A program made the translations under genes and the position numbers. Source: a virus. From it: DNA of 64,000 nt. Location: positions 3,862 through 67,861 of the IMG/VR virus record IMGVR_UViG_3300047330_000027; one strand, given 5' to 3'. The notes beneath the pieces are model-generated. The model saw only the letters and a program-made list of their open reading frames with translations, did no database searches and was not told the DNA's origin. Positions 28,031 to 37,006 of this stretch are shown here, in pieces. How positions within the stretch are numbered: the stretch's first letter is position 1; each line of letters starts with the position of its first letter.

Positions 28031-28969
28031 ATGTCCACAGCAGCACTCACGCAAGCAACCGGCGCGCCCCAGGGAGCCATGGAGCGCAAGACGAAACCCT
28101 TAACCTTTCCCGAGATGCTCGAACGCTATAAAGGGCAGATCGCTTTAGCTCTACCGAAACATCTCAACCTCGAACGTATGGCGCGCATTGCGCTTACCGC
28201 GTTCAAACAGAACAAGAAACTGGCCGAATGCACACCCGAGAGCGTCTTCGCTTCGGTCATTCTGGCGTCGCAGCTCGGGTTGGAGCCTGGCGTCCTCGGC
28301 CAGTGCTATCTGATTCCCTACAAGGATCAGTGCACGCTGCAGATCGGCTATCAGGGGCTGCTCGATCTCGCGCAGCGGACCGGCCGCATTCGCTCGATTG
28401 AGGCGCACGTCGTCCATCGCAAGGATGAGTTTCGCTATGAGATCGGAGCCGACCAGCCGCTGTCGCACAAGCCCGAACTGTTCGATGATCCAGGCGAACG
28501 TGTATTGTGCTACGCGATCGCGAAACTCGACAGCGGCACAACCATCGTTGAGGTGATGACGAAACGCGAGATCGAGCGCATTCGCGACCGCTCACAGAAT
28601 GTCATCAACGCGAAGAAGTACGGGAAGGCTACGCCGTGGGACACCGACACCGAAGAGATGTGGCGCAAGACGCTTATCCGGCGCATCTGCAAGTACCTCC
28701 CGAAGTCGATCGAACTCACGATGGCGACAGCGCTTGAAGACACCAGCGACCGCCGCGGTGCGCAGGACCTGTCGCTCGCGAACGCGATCAACATGGACTG
28801 GGCGCCTCCTGCGCTTGGCGACGGCAACGATGAACCAGCAGGCAAAACCATCGAGGCTACTGACAAGGCGAAGGAAGAGACGAAACCGACCGAGACTGAG
28901 ACGAAGGCCGTCGTTGCCGAGACGCAGCAGGTTCAGCAGCAAGAACTGGTCGCGGCAGGCGACTGGTAA
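28031..28969 (+). CDS. recT: RecT-family ssDNA annealing protein
   Basis: LGLEPGVLGQCYLIPY, QIGYQGLLDLA, PWDTDTEEMWRKTLIRRICKYLPKS. Confidence 0.93.
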   Translation: MSTAALTQATGAPQGAMERKTKPLTFPEMLERYKGQIALALPKHLNLERMARIALTAFKQNKKLAECTPESVFASVILASQLGLEPGVLGQCYLIPYKDQCTLQIGYQGLLDLAQRTGRIRSIEAHVVHRKDEFRYEIGADQPLSHKPELFDDPGERVLCYAIAKLDSGTTIVEVMTKREIERIRDRSQNVINAKKYGKATPWDTDTEEMWRKTLIRRICKYLPKSIELTMATALEDTSDRRGAQDLSLANAINMDWAPPALGDGNDEPAGKTIEATDKAKEETKPTETETKAVVAETQQVQQQELVAAGDW

Positions 28970-29056
28970 GACACTCGGCAAAAAGAACCGTGGACTAGTT
29001 CGCAACCTGGAAGGCCGAACTAGTCCAGTGACACACCAAGAAATCGGAGGCAACAA

Positions 29057-30904
29057 GTGAAGATTGACCGTATCGCCCTTACGAATTTCCGCAGCCACGC
29101 CGCCACCAACCTTAACCTCACGCGCATCAATGTGATTCGCGGCGCGAACGGCGTCGGCAAGTCGTCAATCGAACAGGCTATTCAACTCGCGCTTTCTGGC
29201 ACCTGCGAAGGGTTGACTGCGAGCGGCGCGGGTTCGGCCAACCTGATCCGCACCGGAGCAGAGAAAGCCGAAATCATCCTCGCGACGTCGCACGGGGACC
29301 GTAAGGTGACCATAACGCCTGCCGGGAAAGCCACCAAGGATCGCGAGTGGACGGCGAAGCACCGCGACTTGGTGTTCGCGTGCGTCACCAACACGCGCTA
29401 CTTCCTGTCGCTCACCCAGGCGAAACAGTCCGAAGTACTCGCTTCGCTGATCCTGCCACCGAGCATGACGCTGGAGCCAAAGGTTGCCGAAGCTATGGAT
29501 GCTGTCGGCATCGTTTGCGACCTGACGATACCGCCGTTTCAGTTCATCGAGCAGGCATACAAGGCCGCATTCGAGGCCCGGCGCGACGTGAACCGCGACC
29601 TGAAGAACTGGCGCCCGATCGCCTACACCGCGCCGGCGGAGGGCGGAACGGTTGCCGAGATCCGCGCGCGGCTCAAAGAACGGCAGGACGAACTGGCGAG
29701 CCTGAAGGCCAAACGCCACACCGCCGTCGAGTCGTCGAACGCCAACGCGGATCGCAAGGCGCGCGCAGGAGCGGCATACGACATCAAGAAGCAGCGCCTT
29801 GAGACCGAACAGCGCATCCTCAACGACGCGAACAAGCAGGTACTGCCGAAGGCGAAGGTGGCCGAACTTAAGAAGGTCGCCGCAAACAAGGCGCGCGCCG
29901 TCGAACTCGATGCCATCATCCTCGAACAGCAGGCCGAGGTGCGGCGCCTCCAGGCGCACGCAAAGCAGCTTACCGACAAACTCGAAGATGCCACAAACTG
30001 CCCGACCTGCAATCAGCTCATCACCGAGGAAGTGGCGCAGGCGCTGGTGGCTCCCCTGGCCATGAACATCGATAAGGCGATCGAGATCGAACGCGGCTCG
30101 ATTGACGCGCGCAAGGCATTGGGTGACCCGGAAGCCGCATCGCGGGAGTTGCGCGTCCACGAGCAGGCACTACAGGACGCGGACCGCAGCCGTGCGCGCA
30201 TTGCGGAACTCGAAAAGGACATCGCCGAACTCGAACACGATCGCAACCTGGTGATCGAGATCGTCGATACCTCGTCGATTGATCAGCAGATAGCCGACCT
30301 GGAGCGTCGCCTTGAGAAGGGCAACCAAGCCTATGGGGAAGCACTCAACAACGAAAACCGCAAGAAGGAGTACACCGAGAACCAGAAGCTGAAGGCTGAG
30401 CTGGAACGGTCGAAACAGCATCTCGAATTTCTGGTGGAGCGGTTTTCCCCGACCGGCATCAAGGCCGAGATGCTCAACGAATCCATCGGTGGATTCGAGC
30501 AGCGGGTCAACCAGGTGCTTCACGCCTTCGGGTACGAGGCGCACCTCAGGTTCGAGCCGTATGAGTTTCGCGTTACCCGCGACGGCATGAAGGGCGATCT
30601 CGAACTGTTGATGCTCTCGAAGTCGCAGCAGATGCGCTTTGCCGTGGCGTTCCAGGTGGCGCTCGCGCTGTGGTCGGGCGTGAAGATGGTCGTCATCGAC
30701 GAGACGGACATGCTCGATGCTGCCGGCCGCTCGGCGCTCATGCGCACGCTGGTGGGACTCCAGGGACTCGACCAGGCCATCTGCATCGGCACCGACGAGC
30801 GCACGAATGTGCCCGACGCGCCCGGGCTGAGCGTGTTCTACATCTCTACCGGCGACGATCTCGTGAGCGAAGTGAACCTGCTCGGAAGGCCGGTTGCGGC
30901 ATGA
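29057..30904 (+). CDS. SbcC/Rad50-like ABC ATPase
   Basis: NFRSH; Walker A GANGVGKSS; coiled coil with CPTC zinc hook; LSKSQ signature; Walker B VVIDE. Confidence 0.85.
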   Translation: MKIDRIALTNFRSHAATNLNLTRINVIRGANGVGKSSIEQAIQLALSGTCEGLTASGAGSANLIRTGAEKAEIILATSHGDRKVTITPAGKATKDREWTAKHRDLVFACVTNTRYFLSLTQAKQSEVLASLILPPSMTLEPKVAEAMDAVGIVCDLTIPPFQFIEQAYKAAFEARRDVNRDLKNWRPIAYTAPAEGGTVAEIRARLKERQDELASLKAKRHTAVESSNANADRKARAGAAYDIKKQRLETEQRILNDANKQVLPKAKVAELKKVAANKARAVELDAIILEQQAEVRRLQAHAKQLTDKLEDATNCPTCNQLITEEVAQALVAPLAMNIDKAIEIERGSIDARKALGDPEAASRELRVHEQALQDADRSRARIAELEKDIAELEHDRNLVIEIVDTSSIDQQIADLERRLEKGNQAYGEALNNENRKKEYTENQKLKAELERSKQHLEFLVERFSPTGIKAEMLNESIGGFEQRVNQVLHAFGYEAHLRFEPYEFRVTRDGMKGDLELLMLSKSQQMRFAVAFQVALALWSGVKMVVIDETDMLDAAGRSALMRTLVGLQGLDQAICIGTDERTNVPDAPGLSVFYISTGDDLVSEVNLLGRPVAA

Positions 30905-31188
30905 CTGAATTCGAGAAAGAACTCGCTTCTCTCATCAACCGTCACAGCAAGGAAAACGGAAGCATGACGCCCGATTTCATCCTTGCCTCTTACCTGACGG
31001 AGTGTTTGGCCAACTTCGACCGCATCATGCTGTGGCGCCAGAAGTGGTATTCGCCTGAAGGCGTGCCGGCAGCCGAAAGGATCAACGGGCCCAAGCCTAC
31101 CCAGGCTCGCCGCGAGCCCTGTTTCGATTGCGACACTGACGGCAGATGCACGATGAACTGCGGACCGCGAATTGAGGCCAAGCCATGA
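30901..31188 (+). CDS. conserved phage hypothetical protein
   Basis: LINRHSKENGSMTPDFILASYL motif. Confidence 0.7.
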   Translation: MTEFEKELASLINRHSKENGSMTPDFILASYLTECLANFDRIMLWRQKWYSPEGVPAAERINGPKPTQARREPCFDCDTDGRCTMNCGPRIEAKP

Positions 31189-31505
31189 GCATGCAGGTGT
31201 ACCTGGTGACCGCGAGCGGCAGCACGACCGGGCAAAGCATTTTCGCGTATGACCCGGATGTGCCCATCGGCAACACGGGCAGTTCGCTCTCGCTTTCGGG
31301 CAACCTGATCCAGTTCGATAACGACGACAGCGACAACGTGAACCTCATGGTCACGCTCTACGCGAACCAGGACCAGGCGGTTTTTACCGGCATGATTCCC
31401 TACTCGGCCTTCGCGCCCGGCAAGAGCCCGAGCATGCGCGTGAACCTTGCGACTGCCGACAAGTGGTGCACCGTGCTGTTTCAGCTCTTGGAGGCAGCGG
31501 CATGA
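31185..31505 (+). CDS. hypothetical protein
   Basis: ATGA-coupled. Confidence 0.6.
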   Translation: MSMQVYLVTASGSTTGQSIFAYDPDVPIGNTGSSLSLSGNLIQFDNDDSDNVNLMVTLYANQDQAVFTGMIPYSAFAPGKSPSMRVNLATADKWCTVLFQLLEAAA

Positions 31506-31798
31506 ATGGAACCCTCTACATCAACGAAAGCGATGAGTGGATCTGGACACTCGCGCGCAAGTACGCCGGCAACCGGCTTTCGCGGGTGGTTCTCGACATC
31601 TTGCGGGATTACGTGGCGGATCGGATGCTGATCAATGCCCAGCGCCATCTTCTCGAACGCGGGGAAGTGTTCTTCGACCCCGTTGCGTTCGTCGTGATCG
31701 ACCAGGCGCGTGGCCGGCTTAGGGGCACGATGGCCGCGAAGGAGCGCCCAGATGCCGCGGCCCTGGAGCATCTGATCGACGAAAGCGGGATGGTCTAG
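31502..31798 (+). CDS. hypothetical protein, possible RHH
   Basis: ATGA-coupled; TLYINESDEWIW...LSRVVLDILRDYV. Confidence 0.55.
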   Translation: MNGTLYINESDEWIWTLARKYAGNRLSRVVLDILRDYVADRMLINAQRHLLERGEVFFDPVAFVVIDQARGRLRGTMAAKERPDAAALEHLIDESGMV

Positions 31799-31799
31799 G

Positions 31800-33662
31800 A
31801 TGCCTTACACAATACTGCACGGCGATGTGCTCGACATGCTGGCGACCCTGCCAGACGCGAGCGTGCATTGCTGCGTGACGTCGCCCCCGTACTGGGGTTT
31901 GCGCAACTACGGCGTGGCTGGCCAGATCGGTTTAGAGCCGACGATAGCAGAATACGTCGCGAAGATGGTTGCAGTGTTTGCCGAGGTTCGGCGCGTTCTT
32001 CGGGATGACGGCACATGCTGGGTGAATCTGGGCGATAGCTATGCAACCGGAACGCAGCAGCGAAGCACTGGGCGTAATGATACACAGCGAATCACACCTG
32101 GTGGTCGCGGGGGATCATTTCGCGGTGGTAGTCGCCAGCAAACTTATCAACGCGACGGATGTAAGTCAAAGGACTTGATTGGAATTCCGTGGCGCGTTGC
32201 CTTCGCTCTGCAGGATGACGGCTGGTATCTCCGCCAGGACATCATCTGGGCCAAGCCGAACCCGATGCCCGAAAGTGTGACGGGCTCGCATTATTCCCGG
32301 CATCTAGTTACAGTAAAAGAGTATGAGAGATTGTCAGGTTTGCCGTACGTCGATGAGCGTGCCGGGGATGCGTGGGCCGGCGACATGCCCCTCCTGTCGG
32401 AGAGAGAAAGCATTAGCCGTAAAGCGCCGTTATCAGCAGAGCGCCAAGGGCATTGCGACAGCCCAAGCAAGGGAGGCGCGGGAGGACGTAAAGGAAAAGC
32501 GCAGACAGTTCAGCCGGTCTCAATACGGTGCACGCAACAAAGCCAAGTACGAGGCGACTCTCAAGGGCCAGCAAACACGGAAGAAAGCGATCGCGAAGTA
32601 CCGCAAGAGCGACAGCGGAAAGATAGCAGCAGCTACTCTTCATCAGCAGACGAGGGATCGTCCAAAGCGGAAGGAACAGAGGGACAAGGCGAACAGCCGC
32701 TATGTCAGAACGGAAAAAGGGAAAGCCCGATCTCGCCGTCAACATGCACGGCGCAAGGGAGCCATCCTGGCGACAAGCAATCCGTTGACGGCCGCAGATT
32801 GGGCGGAGATTCAAAAGGCACACAAGTACCTTTGCTATTACTGCAAGAAGAAGACCAAGCTAACGATGGATCACGTAATCCCGCTCAGCAAGAAAGGCCA
32901 GCACGCGAAGGAGAACGTGGTTCCGGCATGCCAGCCCTGCAACAGCAGGAAACGGGACCGGCTGATACTCCTCTGCTAGTCGGTTGCCCTGGCTGCCCAA
33001 AGTGCATTCAGCACCACGGGTACACGTTCCATCTATCCGCGGGCCGCTGCACAAAGGCGCATGAGTACGTGTTTCTGCTGTCGAAGCGTCCGCGTTACTA
33101 CTTCGATCAAGACGCCATCCGCACACCTTTCTCGGAAGAGAACAAGGGTACATCTGCGTACGAATCAGGGGATACTCGCCACCGGACTAAGGCTGGACTT
33201 GTTGAGTATGCGACAAAGATGCGAAGCAAGGTCAAAGTGCCTGGCGGTTGGGACCAAGGCGAAGGTGCACACGGCACGATTCACCGCGATGGAAGAACAT
33301 CCGCTACCTATGCGGAGTACGAAGCAAAGGGCGCAAATAAGCGCAGCGTGTGGAATGTGGCCACTGAAGCTTATGCAGAAGCCCACTTCGCCACTTTCCC
33401 GACTGCGCTTGTACGTCCTTGCATCCTGGCTGGCTGCCCCGAAGGCGGCACTGTACTCGACCCGTTCTCCGGATCGGGCACGACTGGCGTGGTCGCGCTG
33501 CGCCACCAGCGCAACTACATCGGCATTGAACTCAATCCGGAATACGTCGAGATGAGCCACAAGCGGATCAAGGAAGATGCTCCGCTATTCAACTCTTCCT
33601 CTGCGGACGATGATTTTCTCGACCCCCACGAACCCGACACGATGAAGGATGGTCACGCATGA
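31800..33662 (+). CDS. N4/N6 DNA methyltransferase (beta class) with ~250-aa in-frame insertion
   Basis: TSPPY, KPNPMPESV, RCTKAHEYVF, HFATFP, DPFSGSGTT, GIELN. Confidence 0.9.
   Translation: MPYTILHGDVLDMLATLPDASVHCCVTSPPYWGLRNYGVAGQIGLEPTIAEYVAKMVAVFAEVRRVLRDDGTCWVNLGDSYATGTQQRSTGRNDTQRITPGGRGGSFRGGSRQQTYQRDGCKSKDLIGIPWRVAFALQDDGWYLRQDIIWAKPNPMPESVTGSHYSRHLVTVKEYERLSGLPYVDERAGDAWAGDMPLLSERESISRKAPLSAERQGHCDSPSKGGAGGRKGKAQTVQPVSIRCTQQSQVRGDSQGPANTEESDREVPQERQRKDSSSYSSSADEGSSKAEGTEGQGEQPLCQNGKRESPISPSTCTAQGSHPGDKQSVDGRRLGGDSKGTQVPLLLLQEEDQANDGSRNPAQQERPAREGERGSGMPALQQQETGPADTPLLVGCPGCPKCIQHHGYTFHLSAGRCTKAHEYVFLLSKRPRYYFDQDAIRTPFSEENKGTSAYESGDTRHRTKAGLVEYATKMRSKVKVPGGWDQGEGAHGTIHRDGRTSATYAEYEAKGANKRSVWNVATEAYAEAHFATFPTALVRPCILAGCPEGGTVLDPFSGSGTTGVVALRHQRNYIGIELNPEYVEMSHKRIKEDAPLFNSSSADDDFLDPHEPDTMKDGHA
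32323..32979 (+). CDS. HNH endonuclease nested in the +1 frame of the MTase
   Basis: CYYC...TMDHVIPLSKKGQHAKENVVPACQPCNSRK; N-terminal CxxC pair; basic helical linker. Confidence 0.88.
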   Translation: MRDCQVCRTSMSVPGMRGPATCPSCRREKALAVKRRYQQSAKGIATAQAREAREDVKEKRRQFSRSQYGARNKAKYEATLKGQQTRKKAIAKYRKSDSGKIAAATLHQQTRDRPKRKEQRDKANSRYVRTEKGKARSRRQHARRKGAILATSNPLTAADWAEIQKAHKYLCYYCKKKTKLTMDHVIPLSKKGQHAKENVVPACQPCNSRKRDRLILLC

Positions 33663-33871
33663 CGCTTGATCCGAACAAACTAAAAGCTGATACCGAGCAG
33701 TTTCTTAAAGACATGGCAGGGAGCCGGGAACGCAGTTCTGCCGCTATAGACGTGCATGAAGATCATGCAACACTTCCAGGGCTTGATGAACTTCGTGGGA
33801 CATCCCCAAAATTCGAGGAAGGAATGAGCTCCGAAGAATTTGTTCGCTCAATTCGAGATGCCAACTGGTAG
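33659..33871 (+). CDS. hypothetical protein
   Basis: ATGA-coupled to the MTase; LDELRG...SSEEFVRSIRDANW. Confidence 0.55.
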   Translation: MTLDPNKLKADTEQFLKDMAGSRERSSAAIDVHEDHATLPGLDELRGTSPKFEEGMSSEEFVRSIRDANW

Positions 33872-34132
33872 AGATCACATTGTCTATTGGGATACAGCCA
33901 TCACGCAGCGTGCGCAATCAAAGCAGCGAAAGCGATGGGCAAATGGGTTCATGTTGGCCGAGTTAATACGCCAAGTCGATTTGAATATTTCGAGAAACTG
34001 GGCGCCGATTCGATTGACGGCAGCGGCCTAGCACGCTTTTCGTGGATGAGACAGCGGTTGCACGGCGAGTATGCGCAGCCAGGGTTGTATCCGGACGAGA
34101 ACACGACTATAGAACAGGATGGTTACGCATGA
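33872..34132 (+). pseudogene. C-terminal remnant of a TGT/DpdA-like phage protein
   Basis: AKAMGKWVHVGRVNT...GADSIDGSG; in-frame TAG immediately upstream, N-terminal part missing. Confidence 0.5.
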
Positions 34133-34887
34133 GTGAAGGAGCGCCACTCGTCATCGATTTGTTCTGCGGCTTAGGCGGATGGGCCGATGGATTTCTTGCG
34201 GAAGGATATGAAGTGCACGGATACGACATTGAAGCACATGACTACGGTACTGGCGGCTATCCCGGAACGCTGATCCTCAGAGATGTCCGCACCATTCACG
34301 GCTCCGAACTAAAAGACGCTACCTGCATTGTTGGATCGTCGCCCTGCCAGGAATTCAGCTACCGCGCCATGCCGTGGAAACGGGCCAAGGCGCTTCCGCC
34401 GCCATACCTCGGCATGGAACTCTTTCAGCACCAGTTCCGCATTCAGCGCGAGGCATCAGAAGCGGCAGGCAGGCATATTCCGATGGTGGTTGAAAATGTC
34501 AAGGGCGCGCAGCCTTGGGTCGGTAAGGCGGCTTGGCATTACGGCAGCTTCTACCTTTGGGGAGATGTGCCGGCGTTGATGCCAAAGGTTGCACATCGCA
34601 AGTTAAAGACAGTCGGGCCGGTGACGGTTCATCAAGCCGTGAATCACAATTGCCACATAAACGAGACGCGAGATGCATTCAAAGAGGGCGTCAAATTCTG
34701 CCAATCCGGTGCGGCTTGGTTCGACGGCAAGCCCCGAAACAAGATGCTTGGTCATTTTGGCCCAGCTGCCTTCGGATCAAAGAGTAATGCGCGCAAAGCA
34801 GCATCGGCCATGATTGCAAAGATTCCGTTTGATTTGGCTGTGTGGATTGCGCGGGCCTACAAACCAGCGGAAAAGAAAACGGCATGA
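34129..34887 (+). CDS. C5 cytosine DNA methyltransferase-like protein (short phage type)
   Basis: IDLFCGLGG (motif I), SSPCQEFS (IV), VENV (VI). Confidence 0.82.
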   Translation: MSEGAPLVIDLFCGLGGWADGFLAEGYEVHGYDIEAHDYGTGGYPGTLILRDVRTIHGSELKDATCIVGSSPCQEFSYRAMPWKRAKALPPPYLGMELFQHQFRIQREASEAAGRHIPMVVENVKGAQPWVGKAAWHYGSFYLWGDVPALMPKVAHRKLKTVGPVTVHQAVNHNCHINETRDAFKEGVKFCQSGAAWFDGKPRNKMLGHFGPAAFGSKSNARKAASAMIAKIPFDLAVWIARAYKPAEKKTA

Positions 34888-35177
34888 GTGAAGGAGCAGC
34901 AATGAAGAGAAAGATAAGGCACCCCCGCCGCTGGAAAGTCGTTCTGCACGTGACTGACCGGCCCAAAAAAGATGAGGCGTATATGTCCGCACAGGAGATA
35001 TTCCAGATATTCAAAAAGATGGGCGATCTACCGGCTGGCATAAAGATTCACATGATAAAGCCGGAATTCGTGCCTGAAGCGGTGGCCAAGAATGAAGGTG
35101 CGAGATGGCCGACGACAGTGCCGAAATACCAGTCACGAGTCATTACCTTTGTTGAGAAGAGAGGAGAGCAGCAATGA
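34884..35177 (+). CDS. hypothetical protein
   Basis: ATGA-coupled. Confidence 0.5.
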   Translation: MSEGAAMKRKIRHPRRWKVVLHVTDRPKKDEAYMSAQEIFQIFKKMGDLPAGIKIHMIKPEFVPEAVAKNEGARWPTTVPKYQSRVITFVEKRGEQQ

Positions 35178-35223
35178 GCGAGACAACCAAACCAGATGAG
35201 GTGGCAAAAGCGAAGGAGATGAA

Positions 35224-35535
35224 ATGAGTTACGGATTCGGACAACAGAACGACATGGTTCACGAAGTAGGAACGTGGGGCACGAAGGTATTCACTACAGC
35301 CACACCTGATTCAATTTGCGCTCACCTACGGAAAGAAGTCTTAGAGCTTTCCGCGAAACCCGATGATGAAGAAGAGGGCGCAGACTGTATTCTTCTCATC
35401 TACCACTTAGCACATCGGCAAGGCTGGAACCTTGAGCAGGCAGTGCGCAATAAGTTCGAGAAAAACAAAAAACGAAAGTGGGGTGCGCCAGATGCGGATG
35501 GTGTGTGTGAACACGTTCGCGAGGAGCAGCCCTGA
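35224..35535 (+). CDS. DUF550-type dATP/dGTP pyrophosphohydrolase (all-alpha NTP-PPase)
   Basis: HLRKEVLEL...EEGADCILL...KFEKNKKRKW..PDADGVCEHV. Confidence 0.78.
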   Translation: MSYGFGQQNDMVHEVGTWGTKVFTTATPDSICAHLRKEVLELSAKPDDEEEGADCILLIYHLAHRQGWNLEQAVRNKFEKNKKRKWGAPDADGVCEHVREEQP

Positions 35536-35554
35536 ACCCCTCGGAGGAGCAGAA

Positions 35555-35713
35555 ATGACGGCCACGCGTGAGGCGGTATGCCGGTGGTGCGGCGGCACGA
35601 TCATAAAAGATGACGTCTTCGAAAATGAGTGGTTGCACATGCGTTCTCGCGATTTTTGGAATTGTCACGGTGACTGCCCCGAGCCAGCCCCCGAAAAGCG
35701 CGAGAACGAATAA
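35555..35713 (+). CDS. small Cys/His hypothetical protein
   Basis: GGAGGAG SD; CRWC...WLH. Confidence 0.5.
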   Translation: MTATREAVCRWCGGTIIKDDVFENEWLHMRSRDFWNCHGDCPEPAPEKRENE

Positions 35714-35717
35714 TTAC

Positions 35718-36242
35718 ATGTTGACCGCAGACCAATTCGATGAGCGCGTGAAGGACCTCTATCGGTACCAGCGCGACCGCCTCAAGCGTTTCCAGAAAAA
35801 GAAGCGCTGGAAGTGGTTTCGTCCGACCGAACTGAGCTTCACCCTGGACGACTTCGCGCTCAAGGTTTGGAAGACAGTCGGACTCTTCGCCATTCCCTGC
35901 CGCTTCTGCTCGCGGCCGGTGGACGTGTTGGAGATCAGCCCCGACCACCACCATCCGCTTAAGTACGGCGGAACTTGGGATCTCGATAACCTCGATTGCG
36001 ACGTATGCGATCAATGCAACCGAATGAAAGGAGCTCTCCACCACGATGACTACGTAAAACTGCGCACCTGCCGGCAACAGCTTTCACCCGCAGGGCAAAG
36101 CGAACTCGACTCCATTCTCCAAAACGCAGGACCAGGCATGCAGGCGCGCTGGAAGGCGCATGCGGACCGGGCGGCCAAAACGAAAACCCCGAAGAACCCT
36201 CCCCGCGCGAAGCAGGAAGAGTTCTTGAGCAAGATGTGGTAA
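35718..36242 (+). CDS. HNH endonuclease
   Basis: CRFC...DHHHPLKYGGTWDLDNL...CDQCNRMKG. Confidence 0.8.
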   Translation: MLTADQFDERVKDLYRYQRDRLKRFQKKKRWKWFRPTELSFTLDDFALKVWKTVGLFAIPCRFCSRPVDVLEISPDHHHPLKYGGTWDLDNLDCDVCDQCNRMKGALHHDDYVKLRTCRQQLSPAGQSELDSILQNAGPGMQARWKAHADRAAKTKTPKNPPRAKQEEFLSKMW

Positions 36243-36258
36243 CCGGAGGCAACACACG

Positions 36259-36984
36259 ATGGATTCACTCGGCAGCAAATTCTTTCCTGGGCAGCGAAAG
36301 CGCCTGACCCTCAACGATTACGCGCAGCTCGAAGCCAACGATGAACAGCGCTCGAAGCGCAAGAAACTAACGGTCTCGATGGAGATCGACGGCACCAATA
36401 ACCTGGCCGGCATGCCTGAATGGGTCCATGAGGCCTACGTCTACATCGCCAAAGACGGCAACTACGCCAAGCGTGTGCAGTACAGCGACGAGACCGCGAT
36501 GAAGGGCATCACGTTCACGATCTACTCGACGCCCGAAGGCCAGCAGTGTTTCTCTCCGCTGACCCGCTGCGTCCTCAAGAAGCTCCAGATGGTGCGCAAA
36601 GGCAAGGAAGACAAAGCACGCTTCCACCTGCAATTTGTGATCTACACCCCCGATACTCTCGACCTTCACCAGTGGCTCGATGACCACTTCGCAAAAGAGT
36701 TCTGGGCCAGCTTCGACCAGGGCCAGATGGAACTCGAGCTGCAGAAGGGCGACGTTGTGGAACTCGTGGCTGATGGCGGCGACGACGATGACGACTACGA
36801 AGACGACGACATCGATCCTGAAGACGAGGACGAGGACGAAAATGACGAAACCGAAGTACAAGAGGTCACTGTGCACGAGCCGAACTATCTAGGCAAAGAA
36901 CACGATGACAGCTTTCGGTCGACACCACTTGTCTCGGCTGCTGCGCGCAACAAGCGCAACAGCGCCGTCACCGCCCGCCGCTAG
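36259..36984 (+). CDS. hypothetical protein with acidic tract
   Basis: GGAGGCAACA SD; D/E-rich stretch near the C-terminus. Confidence 0.75.
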   Translation: MDSLGSKFFPGQRKRLTLNDYAQLEANDEQRSKRKKLTVSMEIDGTNNLAGMPEWVHEAYVYIAKDGNYAKRVQYSDETAMKGITFTIYSTPEGQQCFSPLTRCVLKKLQMVRKGKEDKARFHLQFVIYTPDTLDLHQWLDDHFAKEFWASFDQGQMELELQKGDVVELVADGGDDDDDYEDDDIDPEDEDEDENDETEVQEVTVHEPNYLGKEHDDSFRSTPLVSAAARNKRNSAVTARR

Positions 36985-37006
36985 ATAAGTCTCCGGGGAA
37001 CCACCC

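Noticed and set aside
32283-33044. Intein or group I intron in the MTase
   Set aside because: No C-terminal HN-(C/S/T) intein end, the HNH is in a different frame, and almost no flanking sequence is left for a ribozyme core; not excluded without RT-PCR
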